A stretch of DNA of 64,000 bases, from positions 4,334 through 68,333 of the forward strand of contig CBFCZO010000008.1 in NCBI GenBank assembly GCA_965602675.1, written 5' to 3'. Source of the DNA: an uncultured bacterium (lineage in GTDB: Bacteria; Acidobacteriota; DATKUA01). Under the pieces are notes generated by a model. The model was not told the DNA's origin. It worked only from the letters and a program-made list of their open reading frames with translations, and made no database searches. Position 1 is the stretch's first letter. Each line of letters starts with the position of its first letter. Shown here one piece after another: positions 37,719 through 47,310 of the stretch. The position numbers were made by a program, and so were the translations under genes.

Positions 37719-38420
37719 TCAATACTCTCTGATGCTGAACACGAGTCCACTGCGGAAGAGGACCATCAGTGTGGTGAAGTCCTCGCGGTGGTAGAACCAG
37801 GCTTCGTCGAGGATGCCGTTGTGCAGGTCCCTGACTATGTCGTTTGGATCCCCCAGCGCGAGATAGACTGCGCGCATGTTCATCCCCGCCATGACAATGC
37901 CGTTGCGGATCGCTTCCTTGATCTCGGCGGGCAAGCCATCGTCGGAGACGAGAGAGCGCGTAGAAACCACCGTGGCAAGCCCCATGTTTACCCTTGGGAT
38001 TAACCCTTCGCCGGGAATCAAAGGCTCTTTGAAAACAAGCCGGATCTTGGCGGTGCCTGCTTCCCATATTTCTTCTTTCAACAAATCGGGCCCAAGCGTT
38101 ATCCCGGGCGGTTCCTGCCCCACTCCGACCAGGTCGAAGGTCACCTCGTCGCGCTTGACATCGACGCTTCTGATTACTGCAATCAGGCCAAAATCGATCC
38201 CGATCTCGCCGCGTTCCATCTTCAGCGCATATAGAGCGCTGTCGATTTTCTTGTCCTGATCCGGATAGACCAGCATCGGGCTGTGAGCCGGTATCGGCAA
38301 TTTCACCTCAACCGCCTTGCCGATATAGTGGTTTCGAAGCACATCCTGGAGGTTTTGAGCACTCGCAATGGAAGCCGCAGACAGGATGATAAACAGGCCG
38401 GTGAGTATCCCTTTTCTCAT
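37719..38420 (-). CDS. Secreted hypothetical protein
   Basis: Signal peptide MRKGILTGLFIILSAASIASAQN. Confidence 0.55.
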   Translation of the reverse strand: MRKGILTGLFIILSAASIASAQNLQDVLRNHYIGKAVEVKLPIPAHSPMLVYPDQDKKIDSALYALKMERGEIGIDFGLIAVIRSVDVKRDEVTFDLVGVGQEPPGITLGPDLLKEEIWEAGTAKIRLVFKEPLIPGEGLIPRVNMGLATVVSTRSLVSDDGLPAEIKEAIRNGIVMAGMNMRAVYLALGDPNDIVRDLHNGILDEAWFYHREDFTTLMVLFRSGLVFSIREY

Positions 38421-38462
38421 CTCCTTGTCACCCCTGATGATATCGTAAAAAAACTATCCGCC

Positions 38463-38657
38463 TCAGTATCCCAGCCAAAGGCCAAAGAGCCAGAGAGCCA
38501 GGAGGGCTGTCGCCACATGGAACAGCATCGCTCCCCAGAAGCTGAGGTTGACCGGGAACCGAATTTTCCCGGTGGCCACCTCGAAAGCCGTCGTAAGCGA
38601 GCAGCCGAGGGAGAACAGTGCGACGACAATAGCACCAGCTAGCAAGAAGTGTTCCAT
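38463..38657 (-). CDS. Small 2-TM membrane protein (64 aa)
   Basis: MEHFLLAGAIVVALFSL...ALLALWLFGLWLGY. The GGGGAGGA ribosome-binding site lies within the upstream gene's 3' end. Confidence 0.45.
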   Translation of the reverse strand: MEHFLLAGAIVVALFSLGCSLTTAFEVATGKIRFPVNLSFWGAMLFHVATALLALWLFGLWLGY

Positions 38658-38870
38658 TTATTCATCCTCCCCTTTGTGGGAGGCCGCCAACCTGAAGAAG
38701 AACACTGACAGCATAGCGGCGGCCGCGTGGGCTACCACCCACAACCACAAGAATGGAGCGAGAACCGAGCGGATGCCGCCGAATACGAACTGCCCGATCC
38801 CCAGCAATATGAACACGGCTCCGGCGGCAGCAGAAAGCAAGCCGAGTGCAAACCAGATTTTTCTCACCAT
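38658..38870 (-). CDS. Small 2-TM membrane protein (70 aa)
   Basis: MVRKIWFALGLLSAAAGAVFILLGIGQFVFGG...; GGAGG ribosome-binding site. Confidence 0.5.
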   Translation of the reverse strand: MVRKIWFALGLLSAAAGAVFILLGIGQFVFGGIRSVLAPFLWLWVVAHAAAAMLSVFFFRLAASHKGEDE

Positions 38871-38931
38871 GAACCTCCGCTGACTTGATCAAGGATAGCA
38901 CGCGAGGATCGCGCGGTCAGGCGGATAGTGA

Positions 38932-39372
38932 TTACTCTGCGAGACCTCTCGCTCGGTGAATTGCAGTGAGCGCGATCCAGGAAATCAGGCAGGCTGTTGC
39001 TGCTCCCGCCATGTCCGCCGCAAGGTCAAGCAGATCCGGCACCCTGCCGGGTACAAACAACTGATGAAACTCATCCAGAACGCCGTAGCCGAAGCAAAGA
39101 AGGAAGGCGATAAACAGCGCCGCCAGTGTGACAGGATTCCTCAATCCCCCGTTCATAGCCCGAAAGAGAAGGATTCCGAGGATGAAGAATTCGAGAAAGT
39201 GCGCCAGAAACATTACATACTCGGGAGGCGACGGGAGAGCCGAAGCGGGCACGGATGAAGCGGCGAAAATGACACCCATCCAGAGAAACGGAGGCAACCA
39301 GAGTAAGAGCAGTCTCCAAAGGGGGCGGCCGTTGTTTGGAATGGCTGGATTAGGATTTGATTTCCGGGACAT
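38932..39372 (-). CDS. VanZ-like family membrane protein
   Basis: VanZ-like pattern LWMGVIFAASSVPAS...EFFILGILLFRA...LDEFHQLFVPGRVPDLLDLAADMAGA. Confidence 0.72.
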   Translation of the reverse strand: MSRKSNPNPAIPNNGRPLWRLLLLWLPPFLWMGVIFAASSVPASALPSPPEYVMFLAHFLEFFILGILLFRAMNGGLRNPVTLAALFIAFLLCFGYGVLDEFHQLFVPGRVPDLLDLAADMAGAATACLISWIALTAIHRARGLAE

Positions 39373-39378
39373 CGGATA

Positions 39379-39546
39379 TCACGGGATGAAGACCGCAATC
39401 CAGCCTGCAATCAACGTGAAGGCAACGAATCCGAGAAACATCTTGATCCCGAAGATCAGGCGTTCCTTGGGTGTCTCGCGCATCAGAAATGAGAACGCCA
39501 AGCTGATTAGCGCAGCCAGCAGGGTCAAAATGCCCCAATGAGACAT
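39379..39546 (-). CDS. Small 2-TM membrane protein (55 aa), not in the ORF track; ATGA overlap with the upstream gene
   Basis: My translation: MSHWGILTLLAALISLAFSFLMRETPKERLIFGIKMFLGFVAFTLIAGWIAVFIP*. Confidence 0.4.
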   Translation of the reverse strand: MSHWGILTLLAALISLAFSFLMRETPKERLIFGIKMFLGFVAFTLIAGWIAVFIP

Positions 39547-39959
39547 CACTTCACTCCGCGGGCGTGGTCGAATGCATCAAAAATGACAAGCAGATTTATC
39601 AGCGCAGCCACGATAATAAAGGTCGTGCCGTATTCGTAGTTTCTGACCACCACGTCGCCCATGGCCATCCCGAGAGCCTGCATCAGGAGATGAAAACCGC
39701 CGAGCGCCAGGTTTCCCAGCGCTGCGAGCCACTGCAGGAAACCCTCCCCGGAGTTGGCGCGCAGCAGCGAGTGCATCTCTCCCTGCAACAGGATTCCCAC
39801 GACTAGGAGAGCCGTGACGCTGAAGAAATAAACGGCGGCATGCCAGTATTTACGCAGGTACAGATGACCCGCACCCGGCACCAGCCAGGCGAGGAAACAT
39901 GCGATGCCGATACGCGAGAACTGGTCGCGGCCGGCTTCTGTGGCTGGTTTGGAGGCCAT
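39546..39959 (-). CDS. Hypothetical polytopic membrane protein (137 aa)
   Basis: IGIACFLAWLVPGAGHLYLRKYW...; three or four hydrophobic segments. Confidence 0.5.
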   Translation of the reverse strand: MASKPATEAGRDQFSRIGIACFLAWLVPGAGHLYLRKYWHAAVYFFSVTALLVVGILLQGEMHSLLRANSGEGFLQWLAALGNLALGGFHLLMQALGMAMGDVVVRNYEYGTTFIIVAALINLLVIFDAFDHARGVK

Positions 39960-40142
39960 CTTTCAGGAACCCCTTCCTAATTCCCGGCCGCAATCCTACA
40001 CACGGCCGGCCAATGCGTCAATCGATGAGCGCTAGTAGCCGGTCGAAAGCAGCATCGCGTACGCCTTGCTTTTTCCCCGCTATACCGATAACCTCCCTCA
40101 AACGACAAGCAATATGAACCCTAAAGGGTAGGAGGTATTTCG

Positions 40143-41144
40143 ATGGGAGGAGGCGGCTTTCCGAACTTCCCTGAGATCCGCATGCCGAAGCTCAACCCGC
40201 AGATCATTATATTGGCGATCGTCGGCATCGTCATCCTCTTGGGGCTGCTCACTTCGTTCTACACTGTGGCCCCGGACGAAGTCGGCGTTATTCAGCGCTT
40301 CGGCAAGTTTATCGGCACAGCGGATCAGGGACTTCACTTTAAACTTCCCTTCTTTATTGACAACGTGACCAACGTCAAGACGACGTTTGTCTACAAGAAT
40401 GAATTCGGTTTCCGCACGGCCCGTGCCGGGGTGCAGAGCGAATTCGTCACCACCGGTGAAGGGCTCGATTCCGAGCGTCTGAGCCTGACCGGCGACCTCA
40501 ACGTGGTGGTTGTGGAATGGGTGATGCAGTACACGATCATCGATGCCTACAAGTATCTCTTCAAGGTGCGCGATCCCGAGGCAACCATTCGTGCGGCTTC
40601 GGAAACAGCGATCAAGGAGGTGATCGGCGATTACACGGTGGACGAGGTGATCACCACTGAGCGTGAGGCTGTCGCCGCCAAGGCGAGAATCTCAACCCAG
40701 GAGCTTCTTGACAACTATGAGATCGGCATCAACATCGTCGACGTCAAGCTGCGCAACGTCAACCCGCCCACTCGCGAGGTCCAGGACGCATTTGAGGAAG
40801 TCAACCGCGCCGAGCAACGCCGCGACGAGTTGATCAACAACGCCGAGGCGGAATACAACGCCACCATTCCCCGTGCCCGCGGGCAGGCGCAGCAGCGCAT
40901 CGAGCAAGCGATCGGCGCCAAGCAGGCGCGCATCAACGTCGCTCAAGGTGAGGCCGATCAATTCAACCAGGTCAGAGCGGAGTACAACAAGGCGCGCGAC
41001 GTCACCCGCCAGCGCCTCTACCTCGAGACCTGGGGCGTGATCCTGCCTAAACTCGGGCGCAAGATCATCGTCGACGGCGATCTCCGGGGGCTGGTGCAGC
41101 TTCTCAATCTTCAGGCTGCCGCCAACCAGGGAGGTGAGCGATGA
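40143..41144 (+). CDS. hflK: Protease modulator HflK (SPFH/band-7)
   Basis: Motif FYTVAPDEVGVIQRFGKFIGTADQGLHFKLPF and the SPFH domain. Confidence 0.85.
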   Translation: MGGGGFPNFPEIRMPKLNPQIIILAIVGIVILLGLLTSFYTVAPDEVGVIQRFGKFIGTADQGLHFKLPFFIDNVTNVKTTFVYKNEFGFRTARAGVQSEFVTTGEGLDSERLSLTGDLNVVVVEWVMQYTIIDAYKYLFKVRDPEATIRAASETAIKEVIGDYTVDEVITTEREAVAAKARISTQELLDNYEIGINIVDVKLRNVNPPTREVQDAFEEVNRAEQRRDELINNAEAEYNATIPRARGQAQQRIEQAIGAKQARINVAQGEADQFNQVRAEYNKARDVTRQRLYLETWGVILPKLGRKIIVDGDLRGLVQLLNLQAAANQGGER

Positions 41145-42262
41145 ACACCAGATTGATAATCCTCATCGGGGTGTTGGTTGTTGCTCTCCTCGTCATCATC
41201 GTCCTCTCCGGCTCGGTTTACATCGTCGACGAAAGCCAGCAGGCGGTGATCACCCAGTTCGGCAAGATCATCGGCGAGCCGATAACCGAGCCGGGCCTGC
41301 ACTTCAAGGCACCCTTCGTCCAGGAAGCCAGGATGTTCGAGAAGCGCGTGCTTGACTGGGAAGGCGAGAAAACCGTTATTAAGACGGTCGAACAGAAATT
41401 TATCTACGTCGAGGTCTATGCGCGCTGGCGTATCACCGATCCCAAGCTCTTCCTGCAGACTGTCGCGGGCAGCTTCGAAGTGGCATCCAGCCGCCTCGAC
41501 GCGATCATCGACCCGATCGTACGCGACTTCATCGCCAAGTACGAGCTAAGCGAGCTGGTGCGCTCCGACACCGAACGCATCATCTATGAGCGCGTCATCC
41601 GCGGCACCTCGGAAGCCGGCGAAGCCGTAGACGTTGAAGTCATCCCGATCACGGCCACGACCCTGACCGCGTCGGAACTCGAGGCTCAGCAGAAACAGGC
41701 CGCGGGTGAGGAAGGGCAAGCCGAGGACGAAACCGGCGACATCTTCAGCGATATCGATCAGCAGGAGAGCCAGCTCTTCGAGCTCCGCGCCCGCCGCATT
41801 GAACGGGGCCGCTTCCACATTACCCAGGAAATCTTCCGCAAGGCAAAAGAGCAGGTAACGCGATTTGGGATCGACCTGGTTGACGTGCGCATCCTCCGGA
41901 TCAACTACCAGCCGGAAACACGCAATCAGGTCTACAACCGCATGATCTCCGAGCGCAAGCGCGTGACCGCCCGCTACATCTCCCAGGGGCAGCAAAAAGC
42001 GGCCGAGTTGCTCGGGACCAAGGATCGGATGCTGAGGGAGATCGAATCGAAGGCCGAGGAACAGGAACTTCGCATCCTTGGCGAGGGCGAGGCCACTGCG
42101 ATCGCCACATACGCAGCCGCCTACAACAGGGATCCCGACTTTTACAAGTTCTGGAAGAGCCTCGAGACGCTCAAGGCCACGGTAGACAAGGACACCTGGA
42201 TTATCCTCTCCACCGATTCGGAGTTCTACCAGATCCTCAAGAGCCTCGGAGCAATGCGATAA
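41141..42262 (+). CDS. hflC: Protease modulator HflC (SPFH/band-7)
   Basis: VYIVDESQQAVITQFGKIIGEPITEPGLHFKAPF, overlapping hflK. Confidence 0.85.
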   Translation: MNTRLIILIGVLVVALLVIIVLSGSVYIVDESQQAVITQFGKIIGEPITEPGLHFKAPFVQEARMFEKRVLDWEGEKTVIKTVEQKFIYVEVYARWRITDPKLFLQTVAGSFEVASSRLDAIIDPIVRDFIAKYELSELVRSDTERIIYERVIRGTSEAGEAVDVEVIPITATTLTASELEAQQKQAAGEEGQAEDETGDIFSDIDQQESQLFELRARRIERGRFHITQEIFRKAKEQVTRFGIDLVDVRILRINYQPETRNQVYNRMISERKRVTARYISQGQQKAAELLGTKDRMLREIESKAEEQELRILGEGEATAIATYAAAYNRDPDFYKFWKSLETLKATVDKDTWIILSTDSEFYQILKSLGAMR

Positions 42263-42416
42263 ATCAATTCCTGATCGATTCTAAGAGGGCGGCTGCAGGC
42301 CGCCCTTTTTCGTGCGTGGGGCCTCTGCAAAAACAGCTGTGATTGAGTGCCGTTATATTGACTTTCGTGAGAAAAACTTGAATCTTATTACCTGAAAAAC
42401 AACAAAGGTAGAAACG

Positions 42417-43328
42417 ATGGGCTCTGAACTGGATAAGCTCACGGACTTCGAATACCTGCTGGACAACCTCTACGACGGTGTCTATATCGTCGACACAAAG
42501 CGAAGAATAACCTACTGGAACAAATCCGCCGAGAGGCTGACCGGATTCTCGCGCGAAGAGGTCGAGGGATCATTCTGTTTCGATAACAAACTCGATCACG
42601 TGGATGGCCAGGGCAACCAGCTTTGCCGTGGCAACTGTCCACTGAAGAGAGCGATGCAAGACGGCAGGTTTCACGAAGACGATATTTACCTAAGACAGAA
42701 AAATGGCATCAGGCGCCCTGTCAGCGTCAGGGTGGCGCCTATCAAAGACGAAAACGGTGAGGTTGTCGGCGCGATCGAAGTTTTCAGCGACAACTCGGTC
42801 AAGATGTCGGCCATCGAACAGCTGCATAATGCGCGGGAAGAAGCCCTGCTGGACCCCCTGACCCGGGTTTACAATCGCCGCGGCCTTGAGGCGGCTTTCG
42901 AGGATCGATTCAGGGAGCTCAGAAGCAGAGATTGGGCATTTGGAATCAGCATGACCGATATCGACGATTTCAAGAAAGTCAACGATACCTACGGCCACCA
43001 AGCGGGCGACGAAGTCCTGAAAATGATAAGCACTCTATTGATAACCGCCTCCCGCGCCTATGATGTGGTAGGCAGATGGGGCGGCGAGGAATTTGTGACG
43101 ATCTTCGGTAACATGACACAGGATCTCCTGGAGCAGATCGTCGAGCGGCACCGCATGCTGGTGGAAAAGTCGTTCGTAAAGGTTGACGACCAGGTCATCA
43201 GGGTGACCATGTCCGTCGGCGCAACAATGGTTACCGAGGAGGACGACATCGACTCGATTATCACCAGGGCGGATCGCCTGCTATACGAGAGTAAAGAAAC
43301 GGGTAAAAACAAAGTAACGTTTGGATAA
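42417..43328 (+). CDS. PAS-domain diguanylate cyclase (GGDEF)
   Basis: N-terminal PAS then a GGDEF domain with DPLTRVYNRRG and RWGGEEF. Confidence 0.85.
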   Translation: MGSELDKLTDFEYLLDNLYDGVYIVDTKRRITYWNKSAERLTGFSREEVEGSFCFDNKLDHVDGQGNQLCRGNCPLKRAMQDGRFHEDDIYLRQKNGIRRPVSVRVAPIKDENGEVVGAIEVFSDNSVKMSAIEQLHNAREEALLDPLTRVYNRRGLEAAFEDRFRELRSRDWAFGISMTDIDDFKKVNDTYGHQAGDEVLKMISTLLITASRAYDVVGRWGGEEFVTIFGNMTQDLLEQIVERHRMLVEKSFVKVDDQVIRVTMSVGATMVTEEDDIDSIITRADRLLYESKETGKNKVTFG

Positions 43329-43342
43329 TCGTTACGGAAAAA

Positions 43343-44452
43343 ATGTATAGAAAAAATGATCCCGTCGCTCTCGAACACTGCCCAGGCTACTCGGTCGAGT
43401 CGGTTATCGAGTCTCTGCGAACAGGCCTGGAGCACCTTGGCGGTCTCGAACGTTTCATCAAGCCCGGCGAGAGGGTCCTCCTCAAGCCCAATCTGCTTCG
43501 CGCAGCCCCTCCCGAGGCCGCGGTGACAACACACCCGGCGGTAGTGGAGGCGGCTATCCAGCTCGTGCGCGAGATCGGCGCCGAGCCGTTCGTCGGCGAC
43601 AGCCCGGGATTCGGCAGCGCAGGCAAAGTGGCCAGGGCCTCGGGTATCGAAGAGGTGTGCCTCAGGCTGGACGTTACCCTTATCAACTTTGATCAGAAGG
43701 TAACTAGGGACGGCATAGAGGGCGGATTATTTCGCCGCTTCGAGGTGGCTAAGGAAGCGATCGAGGCCGACAAGATTATCAACCTCGCAAAGGCCAAAAC
43801 GCACCAACAGATGACGCTCACACTCGGTGTCAAGAACCTCTTCGGCTGCCTTCCCGGCCTCGACAAGGCACGCTGGCACCTGCAGGCCGGCACCGATGAA
43901 TTCTATTTCGGCCGCATGCTCGCCGAGCTGGCGATTTTAATCGAAGCAGACCTGACCATCCTCGATGCGGTTGTCGGGATGGACGGCAACGGCCCCGGTG
44001 GGGGCAGGGTGCGCGAATTCGGTTTTTTCGCTTTGAGCGAGAATCCCTTCGTGCTGGACGTTGTCGTTTCGGGACTCTTCGGTATTGATCCGCGCAAAGT
44101 GCCCGTGCTGGCGGCGGGGATCGAGCTCGGCGCGGCCCCCTCGTCCCCGAAGGAGATTGAGATCTTAGGCGCCGATCCGTATAGCCTCAAAGTCAGCGAC
44201 TTCCTGATACCGAGCGCTCAACGCGTCGGTTTCGGCCTGCGGGGATTGCTCTTCCGGGCGCTCAAGCGAACCTTCACACCCAAGGTGCGTATCAGGCACC
44301 GCCGGTGCGTCCTCTGCAACGCTTGCGTGGAGATCTGCCCCGCGGACGCCCTGAGCAACGACGGCAAGAGAATTAGGGTATCCCGCAAGGATTGCATCAA
44401 CTGCTACTGTTGCGCCGAGGTCTGCCCGCACAATGCCGTGCGAATCCGCTAA
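43343..44452 (+). CDS. DUF362-domain protein with a C-terminal 2x[4Fe-4S] ferredoxin domain
   Basis: C-terminal CVLCNACVEICP...CINCYCCAEVCP. N-terminal ~300 aa matches the DUF362 arrangement. Confidence 0.7.
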   Translation: MYRKNDPVALEHCPGYSVESVIESLRTGLEHLGGLERFIKPGERVLLKPNLLRAAPPEAAVTTHPAVVEAAIQLVREIGAEPFVGDSPGFGSAGKVARASGIEEVCLRLDVTLINFDQKVTRDGIEGGLFRRFEVAKEAIEADKIINLAKAKTHQQMTLTLGVKNLFGCLPGLDKARWHLQAGTDEFYFGRMLAELAILIEADLTILDAVVGMDGNGPGGGRVREFGFFALSENPFVLDVVVSGLFGIDPRKVPVLAAGIELGAAPSSPKEIEILGADPYSLKVSDFLIPSAQRVGFGLRGLLFRALKRTFTPKVRIRHRRCVLCNACVEICPADALSNDGKRIRVSRKDCINCYCCAEVCPHNAVRIR

Positions 44453-44527
44453 ATTACGGTTGAATTAGTCTACCGCAGTACCGAAGGGTTATACTCGCGA
44501 ACAAGGGGAACCGAGGGTATCTCTCGA

Positions 44528-45730
44528 ATGTTTGACCGCCGCGATCTGCTCAGGGGCGTGCTGGGAGTGCCGTTATTGGGTTTGGCTGGCGACTTGATGT
44601 ATGAGGCGAAGGACATGAGTAACTATAAGAAACTCGTCAAGCAGCGGGACTTCGTTATTTACAGCGACGAGAGATACTACTGCGCCTTCCCCTCGGTGGT
44701 CTGTCGGCCCGACGGCGAGCTGCTGGTTGCCTTCCGCCGCGCGCCCGAGCGCCGGCTGCTCGGCGCGGATGACGTGACGCACGCTGATCCCAACAGTTAC
44801 CTCTTGCTGGTGCGCTCCAATGACTGCGGGGAGACCTGGTCGGCAGAGCCGGAGCTGATTTTCGCCCACCCGCTCGGGGGCTCGCAGGATCCCTGCATGA
44901 TTCAGCTCGGCGACGGCACGATTCTCTGCACCAGCTACGGCTGGTGCCAGGTGCCATCAGACTATGCGGCGGACGATCCCTACCGGGCGCGCTACCGCGA
45001 CTTCATGTTCATGGGCGGCTACATACTTCGCTCATTTGACGGCGGCAAGAGCTGGGAAGAGCCGATAATCCCTCCTCCTGTGCCTAGCAGCGTTACGCGG
45101 GATCATTTCGGCGCCCCCTGCCCCGCCTTCAACCGCGGAGCCTTGTGCGAAGGAAGAGACGGCAGGCTCTTCTGGGGCGTGACCAGCCGCGAGAGCGTCG
45201 AGCCGCAGGTGACATCGATACAGTTGCTGATTTCGGAAGATCGCGGCGCGACATGGCGGCACGCCTGCCGCATCGCGGGCGATCCCTCCGGCGCGATCCA
45301 GATGAATGAGACATCGCTCTATGAGACTCCCGGCGGCAACCTGGTGGCCTTCATCCGCACCTTCGGCAACGACGACCGGGGAGCCGTCGCTCGCTCAAGC
45401 GACGGCGGTCGCAGCTTCGGGCCCTGGGAGGACACCGGTTTTATGGGCCACCCCCACCACCTGCTCCGCCTGCCCGATGGCCGCGCCCTGCTTGTCTACG
45501 GCTACCGCCACGAGCCCTTCGGCATCCGCGCCAGGGTGCTCGAGCCGGAGTGCCGCGATTTTGCGACAGCCGAGGAAATTGTGATCAGGGACGACGGCGG
45601 CAATACCGACATAGGCTACCCCTGGTCGGCACTTATGCCCGACGGCCGCATGCTCGTGACCTACTACTTCAATCAAGACGACGGCACGAGGCACATAGCG
45701 GGCTCGATGCTGGCCCCGGCGAGCGCGTGA
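44528..45730 (+). CDS. Tat-secreted BNR/sialidase-like (exo-alpha-sialidase fold) protein
   Basis: Twin-arginine motif MFDRRDLLRGVLGV. Asp-box-like SNDCGETWS, FDGGKSW and SEDRGATW. Confidence 0.7.
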   Translation: MFDRRDLLRGVLGVPLLGLAGDLMYEAKDMSNYKKLVKQRDFVIYSDERYYCAFPSVVCRPDGELLVAFRRAPERRLLGADDVTHADPNSYLLLVRSNDCGETWSAEPELIFAHPLGGSQDPCMIQLGDGTILCTSYGWCQVPSDYAADDPYRARYRDFMFMGGYILRSFDGGKSWEEPIIPPPVPSSVTRDHFGAPCPAFNRGALCEGRDGRLFWGVTSRESVEPQVTSIQLLISEDRGATWRHACRIAGDPSGAIQMNETSLYETPGGNLVAFIRTFGNDDRGAVARSSDGGRSFGPWEDTGFMGHPHHLLRLPDGRALLVYGYRHEPFGIRARVLEPECRDFATAEEIVIRDDGGNTDIGYPWSALMPDGRMLVTYYFNQDDGTRHIAGSMLAPASA

Positions 45731-45833
45731 TCGGCACCTGGATTCGCGCCAAGCGGGGATTTGTCGAAATCCCGCTCCTGGTTTAATCTTCCGTGTATAG
45801 AATTAAATGTTCGCCCACTGGAGGAGTGAAGAG

Positions 45834-47006
45834 ATGAACAAAGCCACACTTTCGATTTCCATCGCCGTGATTATCTCATTGATCGCCGCACAGGCCCCCG
45901 CGTCAGATCCTCAAGAGAAAGACTTGCGTTTGCGGACAGGCGACGGCGTCCGGATCGATGCCGACGGCAATCCGTTCTACGCGACGTTTTCCATCTGCGC
46001 CATCGACCCGAAAACCGGCGAGAGCGGCGCAGCGGTCACCACCCGCGTGCCGTTTGTCGGCCGGGCAGTGCCATGGGTGCGGGCTGGAGTCGGGGCGGTC
46101 GCCACGCAGGCATGGACGGTTGTCGAATACGGCCCCCGGGGACTCGACCTGCTGGAACAGGGCATCGAGCCCAAGGAAGTGATAAAGCAGCTGCTGGCCG
46201 ACGACACAGGCCGGGAGCGCCGCCAGCTCGGTGTGATCGACATGCAGGGCAGATCCGCCTCCCACACCGGCACGGAAAACGGCGATTGGGCCGGCAGCCG
46301 CAAGGGCGCGGACTACACTGTTCAGGGCAACATCCTTGTCGGCAAGGAGGTAGTCGACACCGTCGCGGACTACCTCGATAAAACCCGCGGCATCGGCATG
46401 CCGCTGGCGGAGCGAATGATCCTCGCGCTCGAGGCGGGTCACGCAAAAGGCGGCGACAAACGCTGGGGTTATTTCCAATCGGCCGCCATCCGCATCGCCG
46501 ATCCGAATAATCCCGGGCGCGGCGGCGACCACATCAGCCTGGCCATTGACGTCGGCGAGCACGCCGACCCGGTCGCCGAGATGAAGCGGATTTATTACAC
46601 GACCGCCCGCAGGCTTGGCTACCGCGAATTCTCCGAGGTTCGCGGCGACGACGTCCTCGAGCTGAAGCGCATGCTGCACGCTCTCGGCTACTGGCGCAAG
46701 GAACTGGAGCAGTTCCCTGAGCCGCCATCGATCGGCAAGCGCCCCGACGACTCCCTGCGCCGCAGTGATCCCGAGGCCTGGAACGCAGCTTGGGCCGAAT
46801 ACCGCAAGGTTTATAGGGAATACTACGATACCTACTCACTTGTCGACGAAGAGACGATCGCTGCGGTAGACTCTTTTCGCAAGGAGCGCGGTCTCGACTA
46901 CCAGGGCAATCCCCGTGGTCTCGTGGATCGGCGTTTTGTCGATGCCCTGCGCGAAGCATATTATTTCAAGCGCGAAAAGGCGGCGGAGTCGGCAGTCCCC
47001 AATTGA
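45834..47006 (+). CDS. Secreted DUF1028 (Ntn-hydrolase-like) protein with a C-terminal peptidoglycan-binding-like domain
   Basis: Signal peptide MNKATLSISIAVIISLIAAQAPAS. TFSICAIDPKTGESGAAV resembles the DUF1028 N-terminus. C-terminal IAAVDSFRKERGLDYQGNPRGLVD resembles PG_binding_1. Confidence 0.6.
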   Translation: MNKATLSISIAVIISLIAAQAPASDPQEKDLRLRTGDGVRIDADGNPFYATFSICAIDPKTGESGAAVTTRVPFVGRAVPWVRAGVGAVATQAWTVVEYGPRGLDLLEQGIEPKEVIKQLLADDTGRERRQLGVIDMQGRSASHTGTENGDWAGSRKGADYTVQGNILVGKEVVDTVADYLDKTRGIGMPLAERMILALEAGHAKGGDKRWGYFQSAAIRIADPNNPGRGGDHISLAIDVGEHADPVAEMKRIYYTTARRLGYREFSEVRGDDVLELKRMLHALGYWRKELEQFPEPPSIGKRPDDSLRRSDPEAWNAAWAEYRKVYREYYDTYSLVDEETIAAVDSFRKERGLDYQGNPRGLVDRRFVDALREAYYFKREKAAESAVPN

Positions 47007-47045
47007 CATCGAGGGGCTCTGAGCTTAATATTCGTGGCCGCCGGA

Positions 47046-47120
47046 GCCAGCGTAGCTCAGTGGTAGAGCAGCTGATTCGTAATCAGCAGGTCGGCGGTTC
47101 GAATCCGCCCGCTGGCTCCA
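47046..47120 (+). tRNA. tRNA-Thr (anticodon CGU)
   Basis: GCCAGCG-TA-GCTC-AGTGGTA-GAGC-A-GCTGA-TTCGTAA-TCAGC-AGGTC-GGCGG-TTCGAAT-CCGCC-CGCTGGC-T-CCA. Cloverleaf with anticodon CGT and encoded CCA. Confidence 0.9.
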
Positions 47121-47310
47121 TTTTGCTGCGTTCTCACGGAAGTTGAATAATAGCCGCGGCATTGAGCTCACAGCATGGCTCGCTGGCTAAAAATAAAGAG
47201 TTCTGCGGATGAACCTTTCAGCTGTTGAACAAGCATCCAGATGCATGGCTTTAGCCGTTTTCGTCTGTTTCATTGATGATTGCCGGAAATGAGCGGGCGT
47301 AGGCAAGGGA

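Noticed and set aside
47007-47310. Integrated mobile element or genomic island at tRNA-Thr
   Set aside because: No integrase, transposase, direct repeat of the tRNA 3' end, or compositional shift is visible on either side of the tRNA.
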